A stretch of 64,000 nt of DNA from Tissierellaceae bacterium (GCA_018434075.1 JAHDQA010000011.1:735-64734), one strand, 5' to 3'. Shown: positions 39,792-49,160, counted from the first letter of the stretch. A program made the numbers and translations. The notes: generated from the sequence alone by a model not told the origin.

Positions 39792-41327
39792 ATGGACACT
39801 GTAAATAACGCAGATTATATACTTGAGATGAAAAATATTACTAAAGAGTTTCCAGGAGTTAAAGCTCTGGATAATGTTAATTTTAAAGTTAAAAGAGGAG
39901 AAATACATTGCCTCGTTGGAGAAAATGGGGCTGGGAAATCAACTCTAATGAAAATACTTTCAGGCGTTTATCCTTATGGATCATATGATGGAGAAATTAT
40001 ATTAAATGGAGAAGTGCAGAAGTTTCAGAGTATTCAGGATAGTGAAAAAGCTGGTATCGCTATAATTTATCAAGAACTAGCACTAGTGCCTGAGATGACT
40101 GTTTATGAAAACATATACTTAGGGCATGAAATAAAAAATGGAATTAATATTGACTGGAACGAAACAATCCAACAATCAAAGAAAATGTTAGAAAAAGTTA
40201 GGTTAAATATCAATCCTGAAATGAAAGTAAAGTACCTCGGTGTTGGTAAAATGCAGTTAATAGAGATAGCAAAAGCATTTAGCAAGGACGTTAAATTGCT
40301 CATCTTAGATGAACCGACTGCAGCATTAAATGACGATGATGCTGAGAATTTACTAAATTTATTAGTTGAGCTTAAAAAAGAAGGAATTACATCAATCATG
40401 GTGTCGCATAAGCTTAAAGAAGTAATTCAAGTAGCAGATACCGTTACTGTACTTAGAGATGGGAAAACTATATGCTCTTTAGATGCTCACAAAGATGAAG
40501 TATCTGAACCTGTCCTTATAAAACACATGGTTGGTAGAGAAATAGCTGATGTTTTTCCAAAGAGAAAAGTTAAAAATATTGGAGATATTGTATTCGAGGT
40601 TAGGAATTTAAATGCATTTGATCAAGCAACATCCAAGCAAATTTTAAAGGATGTAAATATTTATGCTAGAAAAGGGGAAGTAGTTGGAATTGCTGGACTT
40701 ATGGGAGCTGGGAGGACAGAACTGGCACTAAGTGTTTTTGGAAATCCAAAAGGATATAAGGTCAGTGGGGAAATATATGTCGAAGGTAAACTCATGAATT
40801 TCAAAACTCCTTATGATGCTATCAAAGCAGGAGTTGCATATGCTACTGAGGACAGAAAAGGAGAAGGACTGATCCTAATACAAGACGTTAAAGAAAATAC
40901 CACACTTGCTAACTTGAGAGCTATTGCTAGAAGTGGAGTGATCGACGATAACAAAGAAATTACAGTTGCAGATGAATACAGAAAAACATTGAATATAAAG
41001 ACACCTTCAATTGAACAAAAGGTACAAAACCTTTCGGGGGGAAATCAGCAAAAGGTATCTTTGGCAAAATGGTTATTTACAATGCCTAAAGTTTTGATTT
41101 TAGATGAACCAACAAGAGGAATAGATGTAGGTGCTAAATTTGAGATATATAATATTATAAATGATTTAGTTAGCCAGGGAATGTGTATAATAATGATATC
41201 TTCAGAATTACCGGAAATTTTGGGTATGAGCGATAGAATATATATCATGTCACAAGGCAGAATAACTGGTGAATTACCGATTGAACAAGCAAATCAAGAT
41301 AAGATAATGGAGTATGCAATAATCTAA
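39792..41327 (+). CDS. Sugar ABC transporter ATP-binding protein (GguA/MglA-like, duplicated ATPase)
   Basis: 511 aa with two cassettes; motifs GENGAGKST and LSGGNQQKV. Confidence 0.85.
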   Translation: MDTVNNADYILEMKNITKEFPGVKALDNVNFKVKRGEIHCLVGENGAGKSTLMKILSGVYPYGSYDGEIILNGEVQKFQSIQDSEKAGIAIIYQELALVPEMTVYENIYLGHEIKNGINIDWNETIQQSKKMLEKVRLNINPEMKVKYLGVGKMQLIEIAKAFSKDVKLLILDEPTAALNDDDAENLLNLLVELKKEGITSIMVSHKLKEVIQVADTVTVLRDGKTICSLDAHKDEVSEPVLIKHMVGREIADVFPKRKVKNIGDIVFEVRNLNAFDQATSKQILKDVNIYARKGEVVGIAGLMGAGRTELALSVFGNPKGYKVSGEIYVEGKLMNFKTPYDAIKAGVAYATEDRKGEGLILIQDVKENTTLANLRAIARSGVIDDNKEITVADEYRKTLNIKTPSIEQKVQNLSGGNQQKVSLAKWLFTMPKVLILDEPTRGIDVGAKFEIYNIINDLVSQGMCIIMISSELPEILGMSDRIYIMSQGRITGELPIEQANQDKIMEYAII

Positions 41328-41352
41328 TATTCGCATGAGGAGGTAAGCTAAA

Positions 41353-42531
41353 ATGTTTTTTAATGACTTAAAAAAGATGCTTAAGGAGAATATAAGAGAT
41401 TACGGGATGTTCATAGCATTATTTGCAATAATAATTGGCTTTACTATTTTAACAGATGGCGTGTTCATATCACCCAGAAATATTAGCAACTTAATAAATT
41501 CCGTGGGATATATAGCAGTCTTAGCAGTTGGCATGACTTTGATAATTGTAATTAGGCATATAGATTTGTCTGTAGGCTATTTAGCAGGTTTTGCAGGAGC
41601 AATTGTTGCAATTCTTTTGACAAGATATAATATGTCGGTATTTGTTGCAATTCCAATTGTTTTAGTACTTGGAATAGTGGTTGGACTATTCAATGGATTT
41701 TTAGTTGGCAAAGTAGGAGTTCCAGCTTTTGTTGTTTCTCTTGCAGGTATGATGATATTTAGAGGAGCGCTATTGCAAGTAACAAATCAGACAGGAACTA
41801 TTATAATTAAAAATAAAACTTTCAATAATATAGGAAATGGATTTATTCCTGATTTTCCTTTTGTCAGTATTGAAGGAATTCATGTGGCTACGTTGGTTAT
41901 AGGGATTTTAGGAATATGCTTGTATATTTTAAGTGAATTTAGGAATAGAAATAAAAAGTTAAGCTATCACTTTGAAGTTCCTTCAATGCCGATATTTTCT
42001 TTAAAGTTAGTTTTAGTTTCAGCGATGATCGCATATATTACTTGGATACTTGCACAGTATAATGGACTTTCTTGGACAGTTGTAATAGTATTAATTGTGA
42101 CTGCATTGTATAACTATCTAACTAATAAAACAGTACTTGGAAGGCATATTTATGCTGTTGGAGGCAATCCTGAGGCAGCAGCATTAAGTGGAATAAATGT
42201 AAAAAATATTACTTATTTTGTGTTTGCTTCTATGAGTATGTTATCTGCACTTTCTGGAATACTTTACACATCTAGATTGCAGTCAGCTACAACTACAGCT
42301 GGTATGGGATTTGAGCTAGATGCAATAGCTGCAGCATATGTTGGAGGAGTTTCTGCTGCTGGTGGAGTTGGTAAAGTTACTGGATCAATAATAGGTGCTT
42401 TAGTAATGGCTTCACTATCTAATGGCATGAACCTGATGGGTGTTGGAATATCATATCAATATATCATAAGAGGGGCTATCTTAATACTAGCCGTAGTATT
42501 TGATGTAATGACAAGAAACAGAAATTCTTAA
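41353..42531 (+). CDS. Sugar ABC transporter permease (GguB/XylH-like)
   Basis: 392-aa polytopic protein related to the RbsC paralog at 15423..16358. Confidence 0.8.
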   Translation: MFFNDLKKMLKENIRDYGMFIALFAIIIGFTILTDGVFISPRNISNLINSVGYIAVLAVGMTLIIVIRHIDLSVGYLAGFAGAIVAILLTRYNMSVFVAIPIVLVLGIVVGLFNGFLVGKVGVPAFVVSLAGMMIFRGALLQVTNQTGTIIIKNKTFNNIGNGFIPDFPFVSIEGIHVATLVIGILGICLYILSEFRNRNKKLSYHFEVPSMPIFSLKLVLVSAMIAYITWILAQYNGLSWTVVIVLIVTALYNYLTNKTVLGRHIYAVGGNPEAAALSGINVKNITYFVFASMSMLSALSGILYTSRLQSATTTAGMGFELDAIAAAYVGGVSAAGGVGKVTGSIIGALVMASLSNGMNLMGVGISYQYIIRGAILILAVVFDVMTRNRNS

Positions 42532-42555
42532 CAGGGCTCTTGCCCTGTTTTGTTT
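42530..42555 (+). terminator. Rho-independent terminator of the ABC operon
   Basis: Stem AACAGGGC/GCCCTGTT with loop TCTT and a T-rich tail. Confidence 0.75.
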
Positions 42556-42566
42556 AGAGGAGCGAA

Positions 42567-43283
42567 ATGAATAAGAGAACATATTTAGAGATAAAAACTA
42601 TATTGATTATTTTATTTGTAGTTTATGTTAGTTTTATGGTAATGGATATTTTTTATAGCAATTTGTTCATTTATTCAAACTTGCTAAAATTCATAGGTAT
42701 TTTATTAGTAGGATTGTTGACTTTAGTAGAAAGGAAATCTTCAATTTCCTTGAAAGACATTAATCTTTTGAACTTAGCGATAGCTTTAACTATTATTTCA
42801 GATTATTTCTTGCTTATTAAAGGGAGCAATTACATAATTGGAATTGGGATATTTTCTTTAGCTCATTTGATGCATGGGATTAGAATGGAGAAGAATAAAG
42901 CAAGAGTAATTATAACGAGGTATATAAGTTTTTTAATTATCACACTAATTTTGTATTCTGTATTTTTGGATACACCTTATGAGATTGGTTTAATAATTTT
43001 TGTCAGCTTATTTTATTTTTCAAATTTACTTTCAAATTTATTCAGGGCATTAGATGTTTATAAATACGATAAATTTCCATTAGTAAATAGCTCTTTGCTT
43101 GTTGCAGGATTTATCCTTTTTTTGTTTTGCGATATCAATGTAGCTATATATAACATACTACAATTCAACACAAACAATGTTTTTTTAGACATTTTGAGAA
43201 ATTTATCTCGCATACTAATGTGGTTTTTTTATTTACCCTCACAGATTTTTATTGCTTTAAGTGGGTTGGATTTTGAAAAATAA
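42567..43283 (+). CDS. YhhN/lysoplasmalogenase-like integral membrane protein
   Basis: 238 aa with about 7-8 TM segments. The assignment is weak, resting on YhhN-like ISDYFLL and FCDINVA patches. Confidence 0.4.
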   Translation: MNKRTYLEIKTILIILFVVYVSFMVMDIFYSNLFIYSNLLKFIGILLVGLLTLVERKSSISLKDINLLNLAIALTIISDYFLLIKGSNYIIGIGIFSLAHLMHGIRMEKNKARVIITRYISFLIITLILYSVFLDTPYEIGLIIFVSLFYFSNLLSNLFRALDVYKYDKFPLVNSSLLVAGFILFLFCDINVAIYNILQFNTNNVFLDILRNLSRILMWFFYLPSQIFIALSGLDFEK

Positions 43284-43346
43284 CTATAATGTTATATTTT
43301 TAGCAAATCTGGGTATCAATAAACAAATATATTAGGGAGGTAAAAT

Positions 43347-43607
43347 ATGGATAATCATCAAAATGTTTACCCAGTGAAAGATGATGTAGTAACTGTCAAA
43401 GAATGGATTATTTCAATGCTTATACTTTTAATTCCTGTAGTTAATATAGTAATGACATTTGTTTGGGCATTTGGCAGTAATACTAAGCCCAGTAAAGCGA
43501 ACTACTTTAAGGCTAGTATCATATTGTGGTTAATTGCAATTGCGGTATATTTTATTCTAATATTTATGGGTATTTTTAGTTTTGGAATGTTGAATTCGTA
43601 TATTTAA
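43347..43607 (+). CDS. Small two-TM membrane protein, function unknown
   Basis: 86 aa with a GGGAGG RBS and two hydrophobic helices. No family recognised. Confidence 0.5.
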   Translation: MDNHQNVYPVKDDVVTVKEWIISMLILLIPVVNIVMTFVWAFGSNTKPSKANYFKASIILWLIAIAVYFILIFMGIFSFGMLNSYI

Positions 43608-43664
43608 GGGTATTATAAATAAGGAGCTATGCTCCTTAAGATAATTATATACGGAGGGATTTTT

Positions 43665-44414
43665 ATGAATGAAACAATTAAAACTCAACTAAATCATAGA
43701 ACAATTAGGGAATTTAAGGATGAAAGAATTCCTGAAGAGATATTCAAGACTTTAATGGAAGTTGCAAGAAGAGCACCTACTTCAAATGGAATGCAGTCTT
43801 GTTCGATTATTAGAGTTAAAGACAACGACAAAAAGGCTGTAGTCTCTGAAGTTTGCAATCAGGAATATGTCAAAAGAACACCTGAATTACTTATATTTAT
43901 TGTAGATCAATTTAGAAACATGATGATTGCGAAAGAAAAGGGCGGAAATGTCGATAATGCTAGAGATATGGATAGATTTTTTCAAGGGTTTACTGATGCC
44001 TGTTTAGCTGCGCAAAATGTTGTAGTAGCGGCCGAATCTCTAGGACTTGGAACAGTTTATTTTGGAAGCATTTTAAATGATCCACAAAGGATAATTGATA
44101 CTTTTGATTTGCCAGAGCTTACTTTTCCTGTTGTAGGATTGGGAATTGGGTATCCTAATCAAGAACCACAATTAAAGCCTCGTATGGATATGAGCTTGCG
44201 ATTGTTTGAGGATGGATATAAAATTTTTGATAATTATTTAAAGGCAATAGAAGATTACGACAAGGAAATGACTCAGTATTATGATTTAAGAGATGCTAAT
44301 AAGAGGGTAGATTCATTCTCTGATCAAATTGTGACTAAACTATATAATCCAATAATAAAAAGGCAAGAGATACTCAAGACGATTAGGAATCAAGGGTTTG
44401 ATTTAAAAATATGA
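43665..44414 (+). CDS. NfsA/NfrA-like oxygen-insensitive NAD(P)H nitroreductase
   Basis: N-terminus MNETIKTQLNHRTIREF and the motif RAPTSNGMQ. ATG at 43665 follows ACGGAGGG. The ORF is open from 43629. Confidence 0.8.
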   Translation: MNETIKTQLNHRTIREFKDERIPEEIFKTLMEVARRAPTSNGMQSCSIIRVKDNDKKAVVSEVCNQEYVKRTPELLIFIVDQFRNMMIAKEKGGNVDNARDMDRFFQGFTDACLAAQNVVVAAESLGLGTVYFGSILNDPQRIIDTFDLPELTFPVVGLGIGYPNQEPQLKPRMDMSLRLFEDGYKIFDNYLKAIEDYDKEMTQYYDLRDANKRVDSFSDQIVTKLYNPIIKRQEILKTIRNQGFDLKI

Positions 44415-44938
44415 GACTGTTTATAGCAATTCAATTTGACGACAATACTGTTCACAATATATATAATGCTGTAAATACTCTTAAATCGCACTCGATTAAT
44501 GGAAGGTTTGTGCGTAAAGAACATATACATTTGACTCTAGAATTTTTGGGAGAAATTCAAGACGAAAAAGCTAGAGTAGTACAGCAAATGATAACAAACA
44601 TTCAATTTGATCCTTTTGAGATTTTAATAAGTGGTTTAGGTGTTTTTAATACTAGACATGGAGATATATACTGGCTAGGAGTAAAAGAAAATGAAGCTCT
44701 CTTAAAATTATACAATGATATTCATAATTTGCTTAAAAAAATGAATGTAGAAGTTGAAGAGAGGACCTTTACTCCACATATAACTCTTGGGAGGAATGTA
44801 GTGATTAAAGACAGACCTGAGGAATTAGACAATATCAATATTTTATATACAATCGAAAGGGTAGCTCTTTTTAAATCTTACAATAGAGAAAACAGACTGG
44901 TACATGAAGTTATTGCTGAAAGCAAATCTAGGGTCTGA
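44411..44938 (+). CDS. thpR: RNA 2',3'-cyclic phosphodiesterase (2H family, LigT/ThpR)
   Basis: Two HxT/S motifs, HLTLEFLGE and HITLGR. The start overlaps the preceding stop (ATGA). Confidence 0.8.
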   Translation: MRLFIAIQFDDNTVHNIYNAVNTLKSHSINGRFVRKEHIHLTLEFLGEIQDEKARVVQQMITNIQFDPFEILISGLGVFNTRHGDIYWLGVKENEALLKLYNDIHNLLKKMNVEVEERTFTPHITLGRNVVIKDRPEELDNINILYTIERVALFKSYNRENRLVHEVIAESKSRV

Positions 44939-45051
44939 ACCGAGTTAGGTTATAGAAACTATCTCGGGCATAAATTGGAAAGTGATTATGAATTTATGAA
45001 ATATTTTATAATTTTGAAATGCTTAATCAAAAAATATAGATTACGAACATT

Positions 45052-45084
45052 AAATAGGATATAATATACAATTATATCCTATTT
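45052..45084. promoter_or_regulatory. Perfect 14-bp inverted repeat centred on a TATAAT box upstream of the Er-VIT1 gene
   Basis: AAATAGGATATAAT-ATACA-ATTATATCCTATTT. It contains TATAAT at 45060-45065 and ends 17 nt before the GTG start. Confidence 0.5.
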
Positions 45085-45100
45085 CTACGGAGGTGATTTT

Positions 45101-45988
45101 GTGAAAGAGTTGGATTTCCTAGAAACTGTTAAGAAAATGCAAGCAGACGAATTGATGGAGAGAGAAGTGTATTTAAGGTTATTAAATAGCATTAAAAACG
45201 AACACGATAAAGAAGTGCTTAAAAGAATTGCCGAAGAAGAAGATGGGCATTATGAAATATGGAAGAAATATACAAAAGTAGATGTGAAACCAAATATGCA
45301 TAGAGTCAGATGGTATGTTTTACTAGGCAAGTTGCTAGGCTACACATTTACTGCCAAGATAATGGAAAAAAGATTAAATGAATTCAGTCAGATGGCCACC
45401 AAAGAGTTTATAGATGAATTGAGGGATAAAGTTCCAGACATTGATATTATATTAAGGGAAGAAGACGAACATGAAATAGAATTATTGGCTATGATAGATG
45501 AAGAAAGATTACAATACGTTGGGTCTATAGTTTTAGGGTTAAATGATGCTTTAGTTGAGTTTACAGGTAGTCTTGCAGGATGGACATTTGCCATGCAGAG
45601 CAATAAGCTTATATTTTTAGCAGGATTGATAGCCGGTATTTCTGCGACTTTGTCAATGGCGTCTTCGGAGTATTTGTCAACAAAAAATGAAGGTGGCAGG
45701 AACGCACTGAAATCAGCATTATACACTGGAGTTGCATATCTAATAACAGTATTTGTGCTGCTAATTCCTTATGCAATTTTACCAGATAGCAGTTACACTG
45801 TTGCCTTGATTATAATGTTAGGATTTGTTGTGGCTATTATTGCTGCTTTTAATTATTATATATCGATAGCAAAAGATTTATCTTTTAAGCATAAATTCAG
45901 AGAGATGGCATCAGTTAGTTTAGGAGTTGCAACTATATCTTTTCTAATAGGGATTGTAGTAAAACATTTTTTAGGACTTGATATTTAA
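45101..45988 (+). CDS. Erythrin-VIT1/CCC1 fusion (MbfA-like iron exporter)
   Basis: N-terminal ferritin-like ExxH motifs (EREVYLRL..., EEEDGHYE) and a C-terminal VIT1/CCC1 membrane domain. GTG start after GGAGGTG. Confidence 0.7.
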   Translation: MKELDFLETVKKMQADELMEREVYLRLLNSIKNEHDKEVLKRIAEEEDGHYEIWKKYTKVDVKPNMHRVRWYVLLGKLLGYTFTAKIMEKRLNEFSQMATKEFIDELRDKVPDIDIILREEDEHEIELLAMIDEERLQYVGSIVLGLNDALVEFTGSLAGWTFAMQSNKLIFLAGLIAGISATLSMASSEYLSTKNEGGRNALKSALYTGVAYLITVFVLLIPYAILPDSSYTVALIIMLGFVVAIIAAFNYYISIAKDLSFKHKFREMASVSLGVATISFLIGIVVKHFLGLDI

Positions 45989-46009
45989 AGTTTTCATAGG
46001 TGGTGGCAA

Positions 46010-48097
46010 TTGATGAATAGAATATCTAGAAAATTTTATATTTATGCCTTGATCATGGCTTTCTTTGTCACCATACTAGGTGTAATTGGCTATAACTATT
46101 TTTCAGATATAATTGAGGCTCAAATAGAATCTAGGGCTAAATTTGAGATAGAAAGCAAAACGAACCTTATTAAAGCTACTTTTAAAGCGCATGAAATAGT
46201 AGTTGAGGATCTAGCATCATTTATGCAAATAGAGCCATCCAAAGAAGTAACTTTGAAATATTTAAAAATTCTTATGGAAGAAAAGAAACAGTTTACGGCG
46301 CTTTATATTGGCACAGCTGATGGGGAGCTACTATCAGGGGTAGATTGGGTTCTGCCAGATGACTATGTTATCCAGGAGAGACCATGGTATGTAGAAGCAG
46401 TAAAAGAAAAAAGACTTATATACACTGATGTATACTTAGATGCTTTTTTAAATAAATGGACAGTTACATTAGCTAAACCATATTATAATGAGCTGGGAGA
46501 ATTGCAAGGGGTAGTTGCTAGCGACTTTGATTTTGACGCCATTACAGATATATTAAATCCATACGACAATATCAAGCAAGGGTATTCTTTTATGGTGGAT
46601 TCGAAGGGCGTGATAGTTGGTCATAAAGAAATCAACAATAATCTTAATTCAACTGATGAAAATGTTATAACAGTTTATAAGCTGATACCAAATTTTAACC
46701 CAAATGTGAAGTATTTTTTTGAACGCACAGAATTTGTTGGTGTAGAAGGTTTTCTTGCCTATACTTATTTAGAGGACGCGAATATGTTTCTTGCTAATTT
46801 TTCGCCATTAACTGGAACCTTGAAAACTGAGCAGCAATTAATACTAATTTTTAGTTTATTTGCGCTAATTTTATTAATCGTAGTGTTAATTTTTGTCATA
46901 TTTCAAAAGAATACTATTATCAACCCAGTCAACAAGTTGATTGACGATATATTAAATATCCCAAATGGAATTGATTTAAATTACAAGATAGATGAAAAAA
47001 AAGACATGCTTTATGACGTTCGAAAGACAATAAATGACCTGTTAATAAATAAGAACGAGTTGCTTAGGCAAATGGAAATCGCACAAGAAGAGATTACAAC
47101 AACTGCAAATACTACTGATTCTATGTTACTCATAAATCGTGCTGCAAATACTGATCAAGAAATAGATGAGATCTACGACCTCATTTTAGAGGAATCATTA
47201 AAGGCAATAAAACATGCTAAATTAGGCAGTGTAATGGTAAAAGAGGACAACAATTTAAAGGTAGTAGCTCACAGAGGATATCGAGACAGCGAAATCAGCA
47301 ATTTTTCACTTCCTCTAGAAGAAAGTTTTATATACAGGGCAACTAATGGGAAATTAGACACTGTAGCTATAATTAATGATGTATCTAGTTTTGAAATATT
47401 TGTACCACTAGAAACAACTGAAGGCGATTATTATATAAGATCTTCAATAGTAGCACCTTTATATGTAAAAAATGTGTTTTATGGTTGCATAAATCTAGAT
47501 GCGATATATGAAAATGTATTTGATGAAAATGATTTAAAACTTATGGAATTCATTCAAACAAACACTGAAATTGCAATTAGCAATTACATTATGAACCATG
47601 CGAATTTTTATTTGGCAACACATGATTCTTTGACTGGTGTATACAATAGAAGTTATTTTGCCCAATTATTTCAAAGTTTTAAAGAAAGAGCATTAAGATA
47701 CAATGAAACTTTTCATTTAGTCATGTTTGATTTAAACAATTTAAAATACATTAACGATAATTTTGGACATCTTGCTGGAGATGAGGCAATTAGGACTTTT
47801 GCAAAGAGATTATCAGTAATCATCAGAAGAAGTGATGTTTTTGCTAGATATGCAGGTGATGAGTTTATTGCTATTTTCATAAATACTGATTTTGATAAGT
47901 TGGATAATAGATTAAATGAGCTATTAGAAAACATGGAACAAAGTTCAATAACTGTTGATGGGGTCTCAATAATTGTGTCATTTAGCTATGGTATATCAAC
48001 GTTTGGAAAAGACTCGAACGATTATGATGAACTTATTAAGATAGCTGATAAGAGAATGTATGAAATGAAAAACAAGAATCGTATTAAAAGGAATTAA
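46010..48097 (+). CDS. Membrane sensor diguanylate cyclase (Cache-like periplasmic domain, GAF, GGDEF with an AGDEF active site)
   Basis: Two TM segments flank a roughly 240-aa extracytoplasmic domain. The C-terminal GGDEF domain has RYAGDEF at 47852-47866 and RRSD (RxxD I-site) at 47825-47836. Confidence 0.8.
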   Translation: MMNRISRKFYIYALIMAFFVTILGVIGYNYFSDIIEAQIESRAKFEIESKTNLIKATFKAHEIVVEDLASFMQIEPSKEVTLKYLKILMEEKKQFTALYIGTADGELLSGVDWVLPDDYVIQERPWYVEAVKEKRLIYTDVYLDAFLNKWTVTLAKPYYNELGELQGVVASDFDFDAITDILNPYDNIKQGYSFMVDSKGVIVGHKEINNNLNSTDENVITVYKLIPNFNPNVKYFFERTEFVGVEGFLAYTYLEDANMFLANFSPLTGTLKTEQQLILIFSLFALILLIVVLIFVIFQKNTIINPVNKLIDDILNIPNGIDLNYKIDEKKDMLYDVRKTINDLLINKNELLRQMEIAQEEITTTANTTDSMLLINRAANTDQEIDEIYDLILEESLKAIKHAKLGSVMVKEDNNLKVVAHRGYRDSEISNFSLPLEESFIYRATNGKLDTVAIINDVSSFEIFVPLETTEGDYYIRSSIVAPLYVKNVFYGCINLDAIYENVFDENDLKLMEFIQTNTEIAISNYIMNHANFYLATHDSLTGVYNRSYFAQLFQSFKERALRYNETFHLVMFDLNNLKYINDNFGHLAGDEAIRTFAKRLSVIIRRSDVFARYAGDEFIAIFINTDFDKLDNRLNELLENMEQSSITVDGVSIIVSFSYGISTFGKDSNDYDELIKIADKRMYEMKNKNRIKRN

Positions 48098-48101
48098 TAT
48101 C

Positions 48102-49160
48102 ATGAAAAATAATAAATATAAAGTGAATAATGCTATAATTTATGCAATCTTAGCTGCTGCATTATATGGCATTAGTACACCATTTTCAAAGATAATATTG
48201 AATGTACTTTCACCTTCTTTTTTGTCTGCTTTGCTGTATTTAGGAGCAGGAATTGGAATGTTACTTACCAAAATATTGACAATTAATTTGAAATCACAAA
48301 GTGAAGCAAATCTGGATAAAAAGGATTTACCATATATATTCGCCATGATAGTATTAGATGTCATAGCTCCTATATTTTTGATGGTTGGACTTGAGAGAAC
48401 CAGTCCATCTACGGTGTCCTTGCTAAACAACTTTGAAATAGTCGCAACATCTGTTATAGCTTTAATTTTATTTGGTGAGCAACTAGGGGGCAAAATGTGG
48501 CTAGCGATTGGATTAATCACATTATCTTCTATAATATTGTCATTAGATACAATTGAAGGGATTGATTTTTCAGTAGGAGCTATATTCGTTTTGTTAGCGA
48601 CCATTTCATGGGGCTTTGAAAACAATGTCACTAGAAAGCTTTCTATAAAAAATCCGATAGATGTAGTTATAATAAAAGGGCTAGGTTCTGGTTTTGGTGC
48701 ATTGATGATAGCGATGTATTTACAATCCATTGAAATGAATTTCATTTACATAATTTTAGCTTTAATACTAGGTTATTTGGCGTATGGACTTAGCATTTAT
48801 ATGTATATAAGAGCTCAAAGAGATTTAGGTGCAGCTAGGACTAGTGCTTATTATTCCATAGCTCCTTTCGTAGGTGTTTTGACATCTTGGAGTTTATTTG
48901 ATGAAGCAATCGAACTTAGATTTATTGTATCTTTAGTAATTATGATTTTAGGGGTTTACTTTACGATTGAGGAAAATCACATTCACGAGCATTCTCATGA
49001 ATCTATTGTTCATGAACATTCTCATAGACACGATGACTTACATCATAACCATTATCATGATTATGATGTAAGAGGGTATCATTCTCATGAACACACACAT
49101 GAAAAATTAATTCATACTCATGCACATACACCTGATATTCATCATAAGCATTCACACTAA
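48102..49160 (+). CDS. DMT/EamA-family transporter with a histidine-rich C-terminal tail
   Basis: About 10 TM segments with EamA-repeat architecture. 23 of the last 60 residues are His. The start is 4 nt after the cyclase stop. Confidence 0.75.
   Translation: MKNNKYKVNNAIIYAILAAALYGISTPFSKIILNVLSPSFLSALLYLGAGIGMLLTKILTINLKSQSEANLDKKDLPYIFAMIVLDVIAPIFLMVGLERTSPSTVSLLNNFEIVATSVIALILFGEQLGGKMWLAIGLITLSSIILSLDTIEGIDFSVGAIFVLLATISWGFENNVTRKLSIKNPIDVVIIKGLGSGFGALMIAMYLQSIEMNFIYIILALILGYLAYGLSIYMYIRAQRDLGAARTSAYYSIAPFVGVLTSWSLFDEAIELRFIVSLVIMILGVYFTIEENHIHEHSHESIVHEHSHRHDDLHHNHYHDYDVRGYHSHEHTHEKLIHTHAHTPDIHHKHSH

Noticed and set aside
43621-43637. Hairpin AAGGAGC-TAT-GCTCCTT upstream of the nitroreductase gene, which also creates an apparent RBS plus ATG at 43629.
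   Set aside because: There is no T-run, so it is not a convincing terminator. The ATG at 43629 only adds 12 non-homologous residues, while the ATG at 43665 has its own GGAGGG RBS.
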